DNA of 64,000 nucleotides from Candidatus Iainarchaeum sp. (GTDB lineage Archaea > Iainarchaeota > Iainarchaeia > Iainarchaeales > JAZDDZ01): assembly GCA_043809245.1 (NCBI GenBank), contig JAZDDZ010000054.1, positions 36,838-100,837 of the forward strand. The letters run 5' to 3'. The position numbers and the translations under genes were made by a program. The notes under the pieces are model-generated. The model made no database searches and was not told the DNA's origin. It saw only the letters and a program-made list of their open reading frames with translations. Positions 27,737 to 37,300 of this stretch are shown here, piece by piece. Position 1 is the first letter of the stretch. Each line of letters begins with the position of its first letter.

Positions 27737-28050
27737 ATTGTGTCTTTTGCGGCGGCGAAACAGAGGTTAAATGCGAAACCATTGAATTGCTTGGCGGGAA
27801 GGTAACCCTGAAAGAACAGCCGTATTATTCTTGCAGGAAGTGTAAAAAGGAGTTTGTTTCAAGCGAACAAATGAGGGAAACGGAGAAACAGTTAAACTCT
27901 TTTTCAATAACACGGCAAATTGTTTCAACTGGAAGGAGCCTTGCGGTAACGATTCCCGCTGACCTCGCGGAATTCTATAACCTGAAAAAAGGCGAAAAAG
28001 TGCAGCTCATCCCTGAAAGCAGGCATTTGCTAAAATTAAAAATGCATTAA
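27721..28050 (+). CDS. Zn-ribbon + AbrB/MazE-like swapped-hairpin fusion protein (paralog of 41576-41920)
   Basis: CVFCGG...CRKCKK zinc ribbon, then ITRQIVSTGRSLAVTIPADLAEFYNLKKGEKVQL (AbrB/SpoVT/MazE-type beta-barrel motif). Confidence 0.5.
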   Translation: MEKKVDCVFCGGETEVKCETIELLGGKVTLKEQPYYSCRKCKKEFVSSEQMRETEKQLNSFSITRQIVSTGRSLAVTIPADLAEFYNLKKGEKVQLIPESRHLLKLKMH

Positions 28051-28107
28051 TTGCCTGCCCGGCAATACCGTATTATTCCTTTCGCAGCCCTAACTTTAAG
28101 GAAAAAG

Positions 28108-29781
28108 GTGTTATTCTTGGAGGAAAAGGTAAGGCAGCACGCACACCGTTACGCGGTAAAAAATGCGTTCCTGCACTCTGGAAAAGCCGATTTGGGCGCG
28201 GTAGTGGGAAAAGTAATCGCATTAGAGAAAGGATTGGACTTCAAAAAGGCAATGCCAATCATAAAAGAAGAGGTAGACAAAGTAAACGCAATGGGCCTTG
28301 AAGAAATAAAGGCAGCATACGAAAAATTTGAAGGCTCCTATGAATTAAAGCCCAAAGAAAAAGTGCCCGGCCTAGAGCCACTTGAATGGGCTGAAAAAGG
28401 GGAAAAAGCCATTACGCGTTTTGCGCCAAACCCAAACGGCCCCTTTCATTTGGGCAATGCGCGTGCGGCAATCCTTTCACACGAATACGCACGCAAATAT
28501 AATGGGCGCTTTTATCTTCGATTTGATGACACTGACCCCAAAGTGAAAAAGCCGATTGCAAACGCAAAAGAAGTGTTTTTGCATGACTTGCAGTGGCTTG
28601 GATGCAAAGTGGACGAGGTTTTCTTTGCCTCAGACAGGCTTGAAATTTACTACGAGCACATGAAAAAACTAATTGAATTGGGCGGCGCATATGTATGCAG
28701 CTGTGAATCGCAAAAATGGCGTGAAATGACCAAGGAAAAAAAAGCCTGCCCGCACCGGGAAGTGGAGCCGAAAGAGCAGAAAAAACTGTTTGAGCAAATG
28801 CTTTCACATCAGCTAAAAGAAGGGCAGGCGGTTTTAAGGGTGAAAACTGAGTTGGACCACGCAGACCCAAGCATTCGCGACTGGTGGGCAGCAAAAATTG
28901 TTGATGAAGTCAATCATCCAAACAAAAACGCGCAGGGAAAACACGTTTGGCCCAGCTATAATTTCGCTTCCGCTGTTGACGACCACTTGCTTGGCACAAC
29001 GCTTATTCTCCGCGGGCAAGAGCACGCGCAAAACCAGACAAAACAGGAGTTTTTGTACACCTACTTTGGATGGGTTTACCCCCATGCAATGCATTTCGGA
29101 AGAGTCAAATTAGAGGGAATGGTTTTAAGCACTTCAAAAATAGCGAAAGGAATAGAGGAAGGCCTTTACACTGGCTGGGATGACCCAAGGCTTGGCACGA
29201 TAAAGGCTTTGAGGCGAAGGGGCTTTGACCCCCGCGCACTGAAAGAGGCAATCATTGAAATCGGCGCAAAGCCAAATGATGCGACAATTGAAATGTCCAA
29301 GCTAAGCGACCTGGACAAAAAGTTCATTGAAAGCGAAAGCAGGCGCGCTGCATTCTTTGAAGAGCCGGTTAAACTTGACGTGATTTACGCACAGGAATCG
29401 GAAGTGGAAAAAGACGGAGTGCAGTTCTCCCTTGCCCCAGGCACACAAACATTCCTTGTGCCAAAAAAAGAACTGGAGCCATTAAAGGAGGGAAGCGTTA
29501 TCCGCTTAAGGCAGGCTTACAACGTGCTTTTAAGGAAAAAAGACGAGTTCACTGCAATCGGGGAATGGGCCGGTGCTGCAAAAAAAGACAAAAACATAAT
29601 CAACTGGGTACTTAATCCAATGGACGTGGAAGTGCTTGACGCGAAAAACCAGAAGGTTTTAGGCGTGACAGAGGAATTCAATGCAAAAAAAGGCGACAGG
29701 CTTTGCTTTGACAAATTCGGCTATGTTATAGTTGAAGAGGCAAAAAACGGGAAAATTAACTGCATTTTCACGCACAAATAA
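28108..29781 (+). CDS. gltX: Glutamyl-tRNA synthetase (archaeal/eukaryotic-type GlxRS)
   Basis: ITRFAPNPNGPFHLGNARAAILSHEYARKYNGRFYLRFDDTD (HIGH-class motif). VLSTSK (KMSKS-like). Archaeal N-terminal domain ...NAFLHSGKADLGAVVGKV. Confidence 0.9.
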   Translation: MLFLEEKVRQHAHRYAVKNAFLHSGKADLGAVVGKVIALEKGLDFKKAMPIIKEEVDKVNAMGLEEIKAAYEKFEGSYELKPKEKVPGLEPLEWAEKGEKAITRFAPNPNGPFHLGNARAAILSHEYARKYNGRFYLRFDDTDPKVKKPIANAKEVFLHDLQWLGCKVDEVFFASDRLEIYYEHMKKLIELGGAYVCSCESQKWREMTKEKKACPHREVEPKEQKKLFEQMLSHQLKEGQAVLRVKTELDHADPSIRDWWAAKIVDEVNHPNKNAQGKHVWPSYNFASAVDDHLLGTTLILRGQEHAQNQTKQEFLYTYFGWVYPHAMHFGRVKLEGMVLSTSKIAKGIEEGLYTGWDDPRLGTIKALRRRGFDPRALKEAIIEIGAKPNDATIEMSKLSDLDKKFIESESRRAAFFEEPVKLDVIYAQESEVEKDGVQFSLAPGTQTFLVPKKELEPLKEGSVIRLRQAYNVLLRKKDEFTAIGEWAGAAKKDKNIINWVLNPMDVEVLDAKNQKVLGVTEEFNAKKGDRLCFDKFGYVIVEEAKNGKINCIFTHK

Positions 29782-29882
29782 AATGCCTCGCCAAAAAAGC
29801 GCTTCTTTAATGCATAAATAGGCCTTTGAACATTTTTCAGGCACATAAAAAGCCAATCGCCTTTTAAACTGTTTATTGCCAA

Positions 29883-29909
29883 TGAACATATGTTCAGTCT
29901 TAATGAACA
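29883..29909. promoter_or_regulatory. Perfect 14-bp palindrome TGAACATATGTTCA plus a downstream half-site ATGAACA, abutting the start of the HTH-nucleotidyltransferase gene (putative operator)
   Basis: Palindrome read directly at 29883-29896. Half-site repeat at 29903-29909. Confidence 0.45.
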
Positions 29910-30536
29910 GTGAGTTTTATGCGAATGCTGCAAACCTTAATTGATTCGGATGCGAAGACAAGGCTTTTGGAAAAGCTTTTTGAGAGGCCGGGCGTATCTT
30001 TATCCGTGTCAGAACTTGGAAGGATTGCTGGCTTGTCTAAGGCATCTGTCTCAAATATAGTTTCTGAATGGGAAAAATCCGGATTGGCGCTCTCGGCACA
30101 CGAGGGCAGGAACAAGATGGTTTGCATTAACTGCAAGTTTTACCTGCTCCCTGAACTGAAAAGGATTTTCGAGAAAACTAAGGATTTTCAAAAGCCGTTA
30201 GTGGAGGAGCTAAGGAAAATGCCGAGCCTAAAAAACAAGGAAGTGAAAGCGGTAATAATGTTTGGCTCTAGGGCAGGAAAAGACTTCACACATTACTCGG
30301 ATTTTGATGTGCTTGTCGTGGTGGAAAACAGCAACAGCAATTTGTCTGAAAGAATCATGGAAGAATCAGTAAAAGTGTCTGAAATAACAGGCATTCGTTT
30401 TTCACCAGTGATAATGGGCACAAAGGACTTCAATGACAGATGGAAAGAAAAAGACAAGTTCATACAAAACATACTTAAGGAAGGCAGGGCACTCAAAGGA
30501 GGGAAATGGATTGGGAACATTCAAGCATCACGCTGA
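29910..30536 (+). CDS. wHTH-fused minimal nucleotidyltransferase (MNT, pol-beta superfamily)
   Basis: HTH SVSELGRIAGLSKASVSNIVSEW. NTase motif VIMFGSRAGKDFTHYSDFDVLVVV (hG[GS]...D.D). Confidence 0.6.
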   Translation: MSFMRMLQTLIDSDAKTRLLEKLFERPGVSLSVSELGRIAGLSKASVSNIVSEWEKSGLALSAHEGRNKMVCINCKFYLLPELKRIFEKTKDFQKPLVEELRKMPSLKNKEVKAVIMFGSRAGKDFTHYSDFDVLVVVENSNSNLSERIMEESVKVSEITGIRFSPVIMGTKDFNDRWKEKDKFIQNILKEGRALKGGKWIGNIQASR

Positions 30537-30879
30537 CCTTGCAAGCGAACGCTTCCAAGTGGCGGAAGAACAATTTGATGAAGAAAATTACCACACAGCA
30601 GCGCACCTTTACATTAACTCTGCAATAAATTACCATAACGCATTATGCCAGAAATTCCTAAAACAAATACCCTCACACAAACCGCATTCTGACACGAGTT
30701 ACTTTAATGAACTCAGAAAGCCATTGGGCCCAGAATTCCAAAAATACACAGCCGCCTATCAATTCCTCATAGGATACAAGAGCCAGGCAGACTATGGAAC
30801 AGAGCTCTCATTTGAAATTGCAAAGCAAATAAAGAGGAGGGCAAGGACAATTAAAGAAATAGCAGAAGCCCTGCTGTAA
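30514..30879 (+). CDS. HEPN-domain protein, cognate partner of the MNT (HEPN/MNT toxin-antitoxin-like pair)
   Basis: Overlaps the MNT 3' end in the +1 frame. TTG start after GGAGG. Helical protein with HEPN-like conserved R/H positions (EENYHTAAHLYINSAINYHNALCQK...). Confidence 0.45.
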   Translation, partial: GTFKHHADLASERFQVAEEQFDEENYHTAAHLYINSAINYHNALCQKFLKQIPSHKPHSDTSYFNELRKPLGPEFQKYTAAYQFLIGYKSQADYGTELSFEIAKQIKRRARTIKEIAEALL

Positions 30880-30987
30880 AACAATTATTTTTTAGGGCAA
30901 ACAACCATGAGTATAGGGGAAAATACAGTTAAAAGACCTGCCGCAAATGTTTATAATTTATTGGCTGCACAAAATTGTTGTGATTAT

Positions 30988-31194
30988 ATGCAGGTCCAAA
31001 TTTCAAAAAAACTCGACAAAAAAATAAGGCAGGCATCAAAAACATTGGGCTTTGAAGAAAAAAAAATAGTTGAACGGGCAATTTTGTTTTATCTTTCGGC
31101 AGTGAAAAGCCAGCTTGAACTGAAAAGAGAATTCATTGAATGGGATTTGTTAAGTGACGAGGCACTCGGGTTATTTGAAAAGGGCTTGAAATGA
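30988..31194 (+). CDS. MazE/PemI-like antitoxin
   Basis: 68-aa protein MQVQISKKLDKKIRQASKTLGFEEKKIVERAILFYL immediately upstream of, and overlapping, a MazF-like gene. TATA-like TTTATAAT sits ~25 nt upstream. Confidence 0.5.
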   Translation: MQVQISKKLDKKIRQASKTLGFEEKKIVERAILFYLSAVKSQLELKREFIEWDLLSDEALGLFEKGLK

Positions 31195-31517
31195 ATAAAG
31201 GCGAAATCTGGAATGTTGAAATTCCAGCCTCAAATGGCCACGAGCAAAGCGGTTTAAGGCCTGCTTTGGTTTTATCCGAAGGGGAAGCGGGAATAGCAAT
31301 TATCGCACCTTTTACAGCCAATCTCCAAGCCATGAGATACAATTATACAGTAAGCGTAGGCCCTTCAAAATCAAACGGCTTAACCATTGATTCAGTTGCA
31401 CTCGTATTTCAGTTGCGCGCAATTGACTCTAAAAGGCTGAAAAACAGGATAGGCAAACTTGAAGAAAAACCATTAAGGGAAATTGAAGCACTGATTAAAC
31501 GGCTGCTGAAAATTTAG
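31191..31517 (+). CDS. MazF/PemK-family endoribonuclease toxin
   Basis: MNKGEIWNVEIPASNGHEQSGLRPALVLSEGEAGIAIIAPFT matches the PemK/MazF fold. Confidence 0.7.
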   Translation: MNKGEIWNVEIPASNGHEQSGLRPALVLSEGEAGIAIIAPFTANLQAMRYNYTVSVGPSKSNGLTIDSVALVFQLRAIDSKRLKNRIGKLEEKPLREIEALIKRLLKI

Positions 31518-31568
31518 CGGCAAAAAGTGCAGTGCATTTTCACGCACAAGTAAGGGTTCCTGATCAGG

Positions 31569-32990
31569 ATGAGCACTGCAGCAAGAATCGCAAAAAACAC
31601 TTTTTTCCTTGCATCAGGGCAGATTGCCTGGCTGTTTCTCTCCCTGCTCCTTTTAGCGGTTGCAGGCAGGCAGCTGGGTGTTGATGATTTCGGAAAATAC
31701 GCCTTTGCATTCTCCTTTGCCGCAATATTCCTTGCATTCACTGAAATGGGCTTCGGGCAATTGATTGTGAGGGATGTCGCAAGGGAAAAAAGCCTAACGG
31801 AAAAATACCTTGGAAACATTTTTTCAGCAAAGCTATTGCTTGGCTTAGCGGCTTTCGCGCTTGCCGCATTGCTCGTGAATCTTTTGGGTTACCCTGCTGA
31901 CACGAAAACCGCGGTCTACCTCTTAAGCGCCTACACCGTGCTTTCCTCTCTCGCGGGGCTTGCGAAAAACGTTTTCCGCGCACACGAAAAAATGAAATAC
32001 GAAAGCGCGATAACTGTTTCAGCCAAAACCCTCAATGTTGCGCTGGGTGTTGCAGCGCTTTTTTTGGGCTATGGGCTCATAGGGCTTTGCCTTGCATTCC
32101 TTTTATCAGGGGCATTTGAATTCATTGCCTCATTTTTTTTGCTGTCATGGAAAATCTCGCGCTTCAGGCCTGAAATTGATTTCGTTTTCTGGCGCAGGAT
32201 TTTTTCAGATGCCGCTGCATTCGTTGCAATCGCGTTCATTGCCTCGCTTTACGGAAGCGCAAACCAGTTGCTCCTGTCATTCTTTAACGGCGACACCGCA
32301 ACAGGAATATTCGGCGCAGCATTCAAGCTCATTGAAGGATTTGAAATGCTGCCCTGGCTTTTCATTGCAGCAGTGTTTCCCGCGCTTTCGCTTTTCTTTT
32401 CCTCTTCCAGGGAACTGCTGCAGAAAACCTATTCAAAGGCATTCAAGCTGCTGTTCATGATAGGGCTTCCCTTTGCGGTAGGGGTTACTTTAACCTCTGA
32501 TAAAATAATCTCCCTTGTATTCGGAACAGAATTCATTGGCGCAGCCACAGTTCTCACTATTCTTGCATGGGCTTCGCTTTTGAAAACCCTTAACTCGCTT
32601 GACGTATCCCTGCTTTTTGCTGCAAACCAGCAGAAAAAAGTGCTTGGTTTTGCAGCTGCAAGCGCATTAATTGCATTGGCAGTGCAGCTTGCATTCATCA
32701 AGGAAAGCTTTTTCGGCGCTGCAGGGGCGCTTATTGCCGCAGTGTTTTTCGGCTTCACTGCAAACCACTTAAATGCGCGAAAAATCTGCCGCACCGGGGA
32801 AAATGCTTTCATCCTAAAATCATGCATTGCCGCAATTGCAATGGCCTTGTTTCTCCTCTTTTTTGCATGGATTGAAGTGATTGCATTGATTGTTTTTGCG
32901 GCAGCGATTTACTTTGCGGCATTGCTTTTGCTGAAGGGAATTTCAACGGAAGAAATTGGGATGGCAAGGAAAGCAATTGGCTTGAACTAA
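31569..32990 (+). CDS. Polysaccharide/oligosaccharide flippase (MOP/Wzx-RfbX family)
   Basis: 473 aa, ~12-14 TM. Architecture typical of polysaccharide biosynthesis protein/flippase. Confidence 0.65.
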   Translation: MSTAARIAKNTFFLASGQIAWLFLSLLLLAVAGRQLGVDDFGKYAFAFSFAAIFLAFTEMGFGQLIVRDVAREKSLTEKYLGNIFSAKLLLGLAAFALAALLVNLLGYPADTKTAVYLLSAYTVLSSLAGLAKNVFRAHEKMKYESAITVSAKTLNVALGVAALFLGYGLIGLCLAFLLSGAFEFIASFFLLSWKISRFRPEIDFVFWRRIFSDAAAFVAIAFIASLYGSANQLLLSFFNGDTATGIFGAAFKLIEGFEMLPWLFIAAVFPALSLFFSSSRELLQKTYSKAFKLLFMIGLPFAVGVTLTSDKIISLVFGTEFIGAATVLTILAWASLLKTLNSLDVSLLFAANQQKKVLGFAAASALIALAVQLAFIKESFFGAAGALIAAVFFGFTANHLNARKICRTGENAFILKSCIAAIAMALFLLFFAWIEVIALIVFAAAIYFAALLLLKGISTEEIGMARKAIGLN

Positions 32991-33994
32991 TCAGTGCCTG
33001 AATCGCCAGTTGAATAATTCCCGCCGACTATCCTTACAGCGAACTCGCTTAACGAATAAATAGTGTAACCATTGTCTTTTTCCTTGCAAATCAAGGGCTT
33101 TGTAACGCCTTTTCTCTCCATGTACTCTTTTTTTGCGTTAAGGCATAAAAGCGACAATTGTTTTCCCACTGTTCCAATTGAACTGCCTGTCCTGACCGAT
33201 ATTTCGGTTAAACTCATTGGGCTTTCGCTTAAAAGTGAAACAATGGAGCGCTGCAATGGGGTAAGGCGCTCCATTACATTGGTTTCATCCTGTGGCGCGG
33301 TTTCCTCTGCTGTTGTTGTGGCCTGTGGTGCCTCAATAACCGCTTTTTCGCCTAAATCCTTTTTCACTTCATCCAGCATTATTTCTTCATCCGCTGAATG
33401 GAATTCATGCAGTTTTATTATGGTTTTCTTGCAGTTCAATAAAAAATTCCTTGGATTGCCCTTTGAGTTTTCCGCAAAATAGTCAACCGTCTGTTCATGC
33501 AGGGGATTTGTGCCGTTAAGCCTTTTGCCTAAAATTTCCTTTAATTCCTCTTTTGTAAGGCGCCTTAGCATTAGGTCTTCGGCTAACCTGTTTCCAAAAC
33601 AGCTTGAAACCGCTGCATTGTTTTTTTCAGTCAAGGAAATGATAATTGAATGGACTTCATCAGCGTCATACAAGCCCTTTAAGTAATTGCATTGGCTTGC
33701 CAAAAGCAAATGCGCTTCGTCTACAAGCAAAACCTTTTTGTTTTTGCCTAAAACACGGATTCTCTGCAAAAACCTGACTAAAGCGTTTTTTTTGGAGAAA
33801 ATCTTCGGCACCTTGTTGAAACCGTCAAAAGCGGAAAAATAATGCGCGTCAAAGCCCTTTAATCCGTTTATTTTTTTATCCATTAACTTTAGCAAAGAAG
33901 TCTTGCCTAAACCCTGCTCGCCTTTTAACTGTATTACGTTGCCTGAAAGCAAATGATTTGAAATAGTTTTCTCTTCGCTTTCCCTTCCAATCAA
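32987..33994 (-). CDS. ATPase_2 (archaeal ATPase, PF01637-like) AAA ATPase with a C-terminal wHTH (DUF234-like)
   Basis: Walker A GEQGLGKTSLL (GKTSLL signature). Walker B LLVDEAH. C-terminal wHTH LTPLQRSIVSLLSESPMSLTEISVRTGSSIGTV. Confidence 0.55.
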   Translation of the reverse strand: MIGRESEEKTISNHLLSGNVIQLKGEQGLGKTSLLKLMDKKINGLKGFDAHYFSAFDGFNKVPKIFSKKNALVRFLQRIRVLGKNKKVLLVDEAHLLLASQCNYLKGLYDADEVHSIIISLTEKNNAAVSSCFGNRLAEDLMLRRLTKEELKEILGKRLNGTNPLHEQTVDYFAENSKGNPRNFLLNCKKTIIKLHEFHSADEEIMLDEVKKDLGEKAVIEAPQATTTAEETAPQDETNVMERLTPLQRSIVSLLSESPMSLTEISVRTGSSIGTVGKQLSLLCLNAKKEYMERKGVTKPLICKEKDNGYTIYSLSEFAVRIVGGNYSTGDSGTD

Positions 33995-34379
33995 ATCAAT
34001 TGAAGGCTTTACAGATAAAGGGTCTGCGTTATAGCCGTATCGTTCAAACCATGTTTCAAATCCTATAAAACCACCCTGTGAAAAAATTTATTTCCTGACT
34101 AAAACCATTAACTGATTAACTAAACACCAGACTTATTTTTAAACCAAACAATTTTTAAGCAAATAACTGCAGCCAGATGCAAAAAAGTTCCCGTGAAAGT
34201 GTAAGATTTTTTGAAAAACACGCTAAAAGAGCAGTTTTAACCTGACTACTCTGCCTAAACCTTGACTAACCTTTAACGTTTATAAAACCGAACAGCGCTT
34301 ATTGGTTAAGAGATAAAAAAATTTCAATTAAACATAGTTACCGTGGTCTTCGACCACAAAAAGACGAGGTGGGAAAAAA

Positions 34380-37300
34380 ATGAGCAAAACAACAACTAAA
34401 CCAATTAACTCAACTTCAACAAGGCGATTAATCCCACTCACAATACTCATTTTCTGCCTAGCCATCGGAATATTCGCTGGAACGGCGAGCGCTGCGCACA
34501 ATAATAGTGCAACTATTTCCCCAGTATGGTCCACGCCAGGGGAAATTGAAGATTACACAGTAACCATTTGTAATGTGATAGGCGGTAATGATTCGATTGA
34601 TGAAGTAAGACTTTACCAGGCAACAGGGTATACAATACAAGATCCCCCAAATCAAAAAGATGGGTGGTATCTGTCACCATACCAGCCGACCAAGCATTAT
34701 TATCTATATACTGCAGAGAGTGCCGATAATTATATTGCTGCAGGAGAATGTACTGATTTTACATTTTCAGCAAAAACTCCAGAAAACGAAGCTGCCTGCA
34801 ATTTGGCATGGAAATTTGAAACAAGAGATATAACCAATGTGTGGAAAGAGGTAAATGCTTTTACAAGCGTTGATGGGCGAGCTCCAACCATAACAAAAAA
34901 TGTAATAGGACCACAACTAATGAACGGAGAAGGATGCCCTAATGGGCCAGGTGATGGAGAGGAATGCTGGGTACAGGATCACGAGACAACTATAACTGTT
35001 TCAGTTGAAGATACCCTCATTGAAGGCGGTTGTAACCCTCCAAGTGGAGTGGACTACTGCGATTTTACAATCACACTTGACGGTGTGCCAAATGACAGTT
35101 GGCGCATTGATGCAGAACAGGGAGCTGTTTATGACGAAATCGTATTCGAAGAAGATTCAGTTCATGTTCTAGGCATAACTTGCTATGATGTTGCGGGAAA
35201 TGATGTTACAGATACAGAAACATTCAGAGTAGACTCAACGCCGCCTGAAACCGATAAGACATTCAACGGCCCGCAGAAAATTGACGAGAAAGGCGTTGAA
35301 TGGATTGACGGCGTAACAACGGTTACATTAACTTCAGATGACCCCGAAGCGGAAACGACTCCTGAAGGCGTTGACTGCAGCATTGGTGTTGACAAGACAT
35401 GGTATGCAAATGAGCTTGCGGATGGCGAGAGCGCTTGCTTTAACCCAAACAATGCCGAGTATTGCCACGCAGTATTAAGAAATCCTTACGATGCGGAAGG
35501 GGCAAAGGAATGCATTGATGATGCACAAGTTTATTGTGAAGAAAACTGGGATGAAGACTGGGACAGCTGGGCAGCCTGCGTTGAGGACCTCGCACACAAT
35601 AACTGTGACGTTGATTCAAGATGGCATCTCTACGACGGAAACCCAATTCCAAAAGACGAGGAATCCTGCCATATACTCCAGTACTTCAGTATAGATGAAT
35701 TAGGCAACACAGAAGACATGCAGACAAACTGCTTCTTCGTTGACAAGACGCCGCCTGCAATTAGCAAGGATGTTGGCGATAACAAGGTTCCTCTTTGCAG
35801 TTTAGATGACGAGGGAACAGTAATAGTTGATGAATCAGAGATGAATAAAATCAAAGGAGAATTTGGACTAACAGTGACTAAAGAAGACATAGGGGACAGC
35901 ATCAAATGGACTTTCGACTTTGATGAAGAAGATATTTCAGGGCATACTTCAACTGGTGCGCAAGTAATTATTGCCAACGACTCAGTGCCTTTGTTCACTT
36001 TGGGCTGGAGTCCGGGTGAAAGCACAAGCGCGCCTGTTTACAAGCCTTACAGCGGAGGCTGGGGTGCAGCAACAACTGTTTTGCCTGCTGGAATGAGTGT
36101 TTCAGGAAACTATAATGAAACCTATTACGAAATAGTCATTCCAAAAGACGCTTTAGGCGGATGCCCGTATTATTGGGCAATAAATGGCGAAGCAACCGCG
36201 CCTCAGGCTTTGGGAACATCTAGTTCAGTCCAAGAAAACTACCCTGCAAACTGGGGAAGATGGACTGCAACAAATGCAGCTCAAGGCGGAAACGCGGACA
36301 ATTGGTGGGTTACAACTAAAACACCAATTACATTGAATTGTGAAGACGTTGGACCTCATCCAAGCGGCGACGTAACAATTTACTGGAAGTGGAGGTTTGA
36401 CGGCGGCGCATGGAATGAAGGAAGCTACCAAGGCGAAAGCTATGACCTATACTTTAACGAAGAATCAGTTCACGACTTGGAGTTCTGGTGCCAGGATGCA
36501 GTGCAGAAAGAATCAGAGCACGACACAGAGACATTCAGGGTTGACGACACACCGCCAGAAATTGACAAATCAATGCTCGGAGAAGAAGAGGTTGATTACC
36601 TCGGCGACTGCCCACCGCAAGACGAAGAAGACATATGCTTTGTCGCGGATAACGGCAGGGGCGGAGTGCACATTGATGTTTCAGACCCAGACCCAACTAC
36701 AATGGGCTGCAATGTTGACAACAGCACCTGTAACTACGAGCTGTGGTGGCAGACAACCCTGGCTAACTGCCAGGAATATGTTGGCCCAGACCACTTATAC
36801 AATGATGGAACAGGCGAATGCTTTGTGGAAGGAGGCCAATTCGGAGAGGACGGAACAGACATTCTCTTCACACAGGACTCAACCCACAGGCTTGTAGTCA
36901 ACTGTGAGGACGCATTGGGCAATGAAATGAACACAGACACAGAGTACTTTAAAGTTGACTCAACGCCTCCGGTTACAACAAAGACTTACGGTGAACCAGC
37001 ATACCCAGAGAACATCAATGAACCGGGACCATACCCGCACTGGATCACAAGCGATACACCGATAACGCTGGAAGCGACAGACAACAAGGTTGGAGTTGAC
37101 AAGACATTCTGGAGATACGCAGTTGTTGACAACCAATGGTGTGAGACAGAGGCAAGCGGTTGCTCAACTTATGACGGAGAGCTTCCTGACTTTACAGAAT
37201 ATACTGGAACCGTCACACTTCCGGAAGAGTCATGCCACTTGATTGAATTCTACAGCAAAGACTTGCTCGGAAACACAGAGAAAGCAAACAGGCAGTGCGT

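Noticed and set aside
32987-33994. Orc1/Cdc6 replication-initiator assignment for the AAA+ wHTH protein
   Set aside because: Walker A is GEQGLGKTSLL (ATPase_2/PF01637-like GKTSLL signature) rather than the Orc1 GxxGTGKT. The protein is short and lacks the Orc1 ISM region. Kept as ATPase_2-family.
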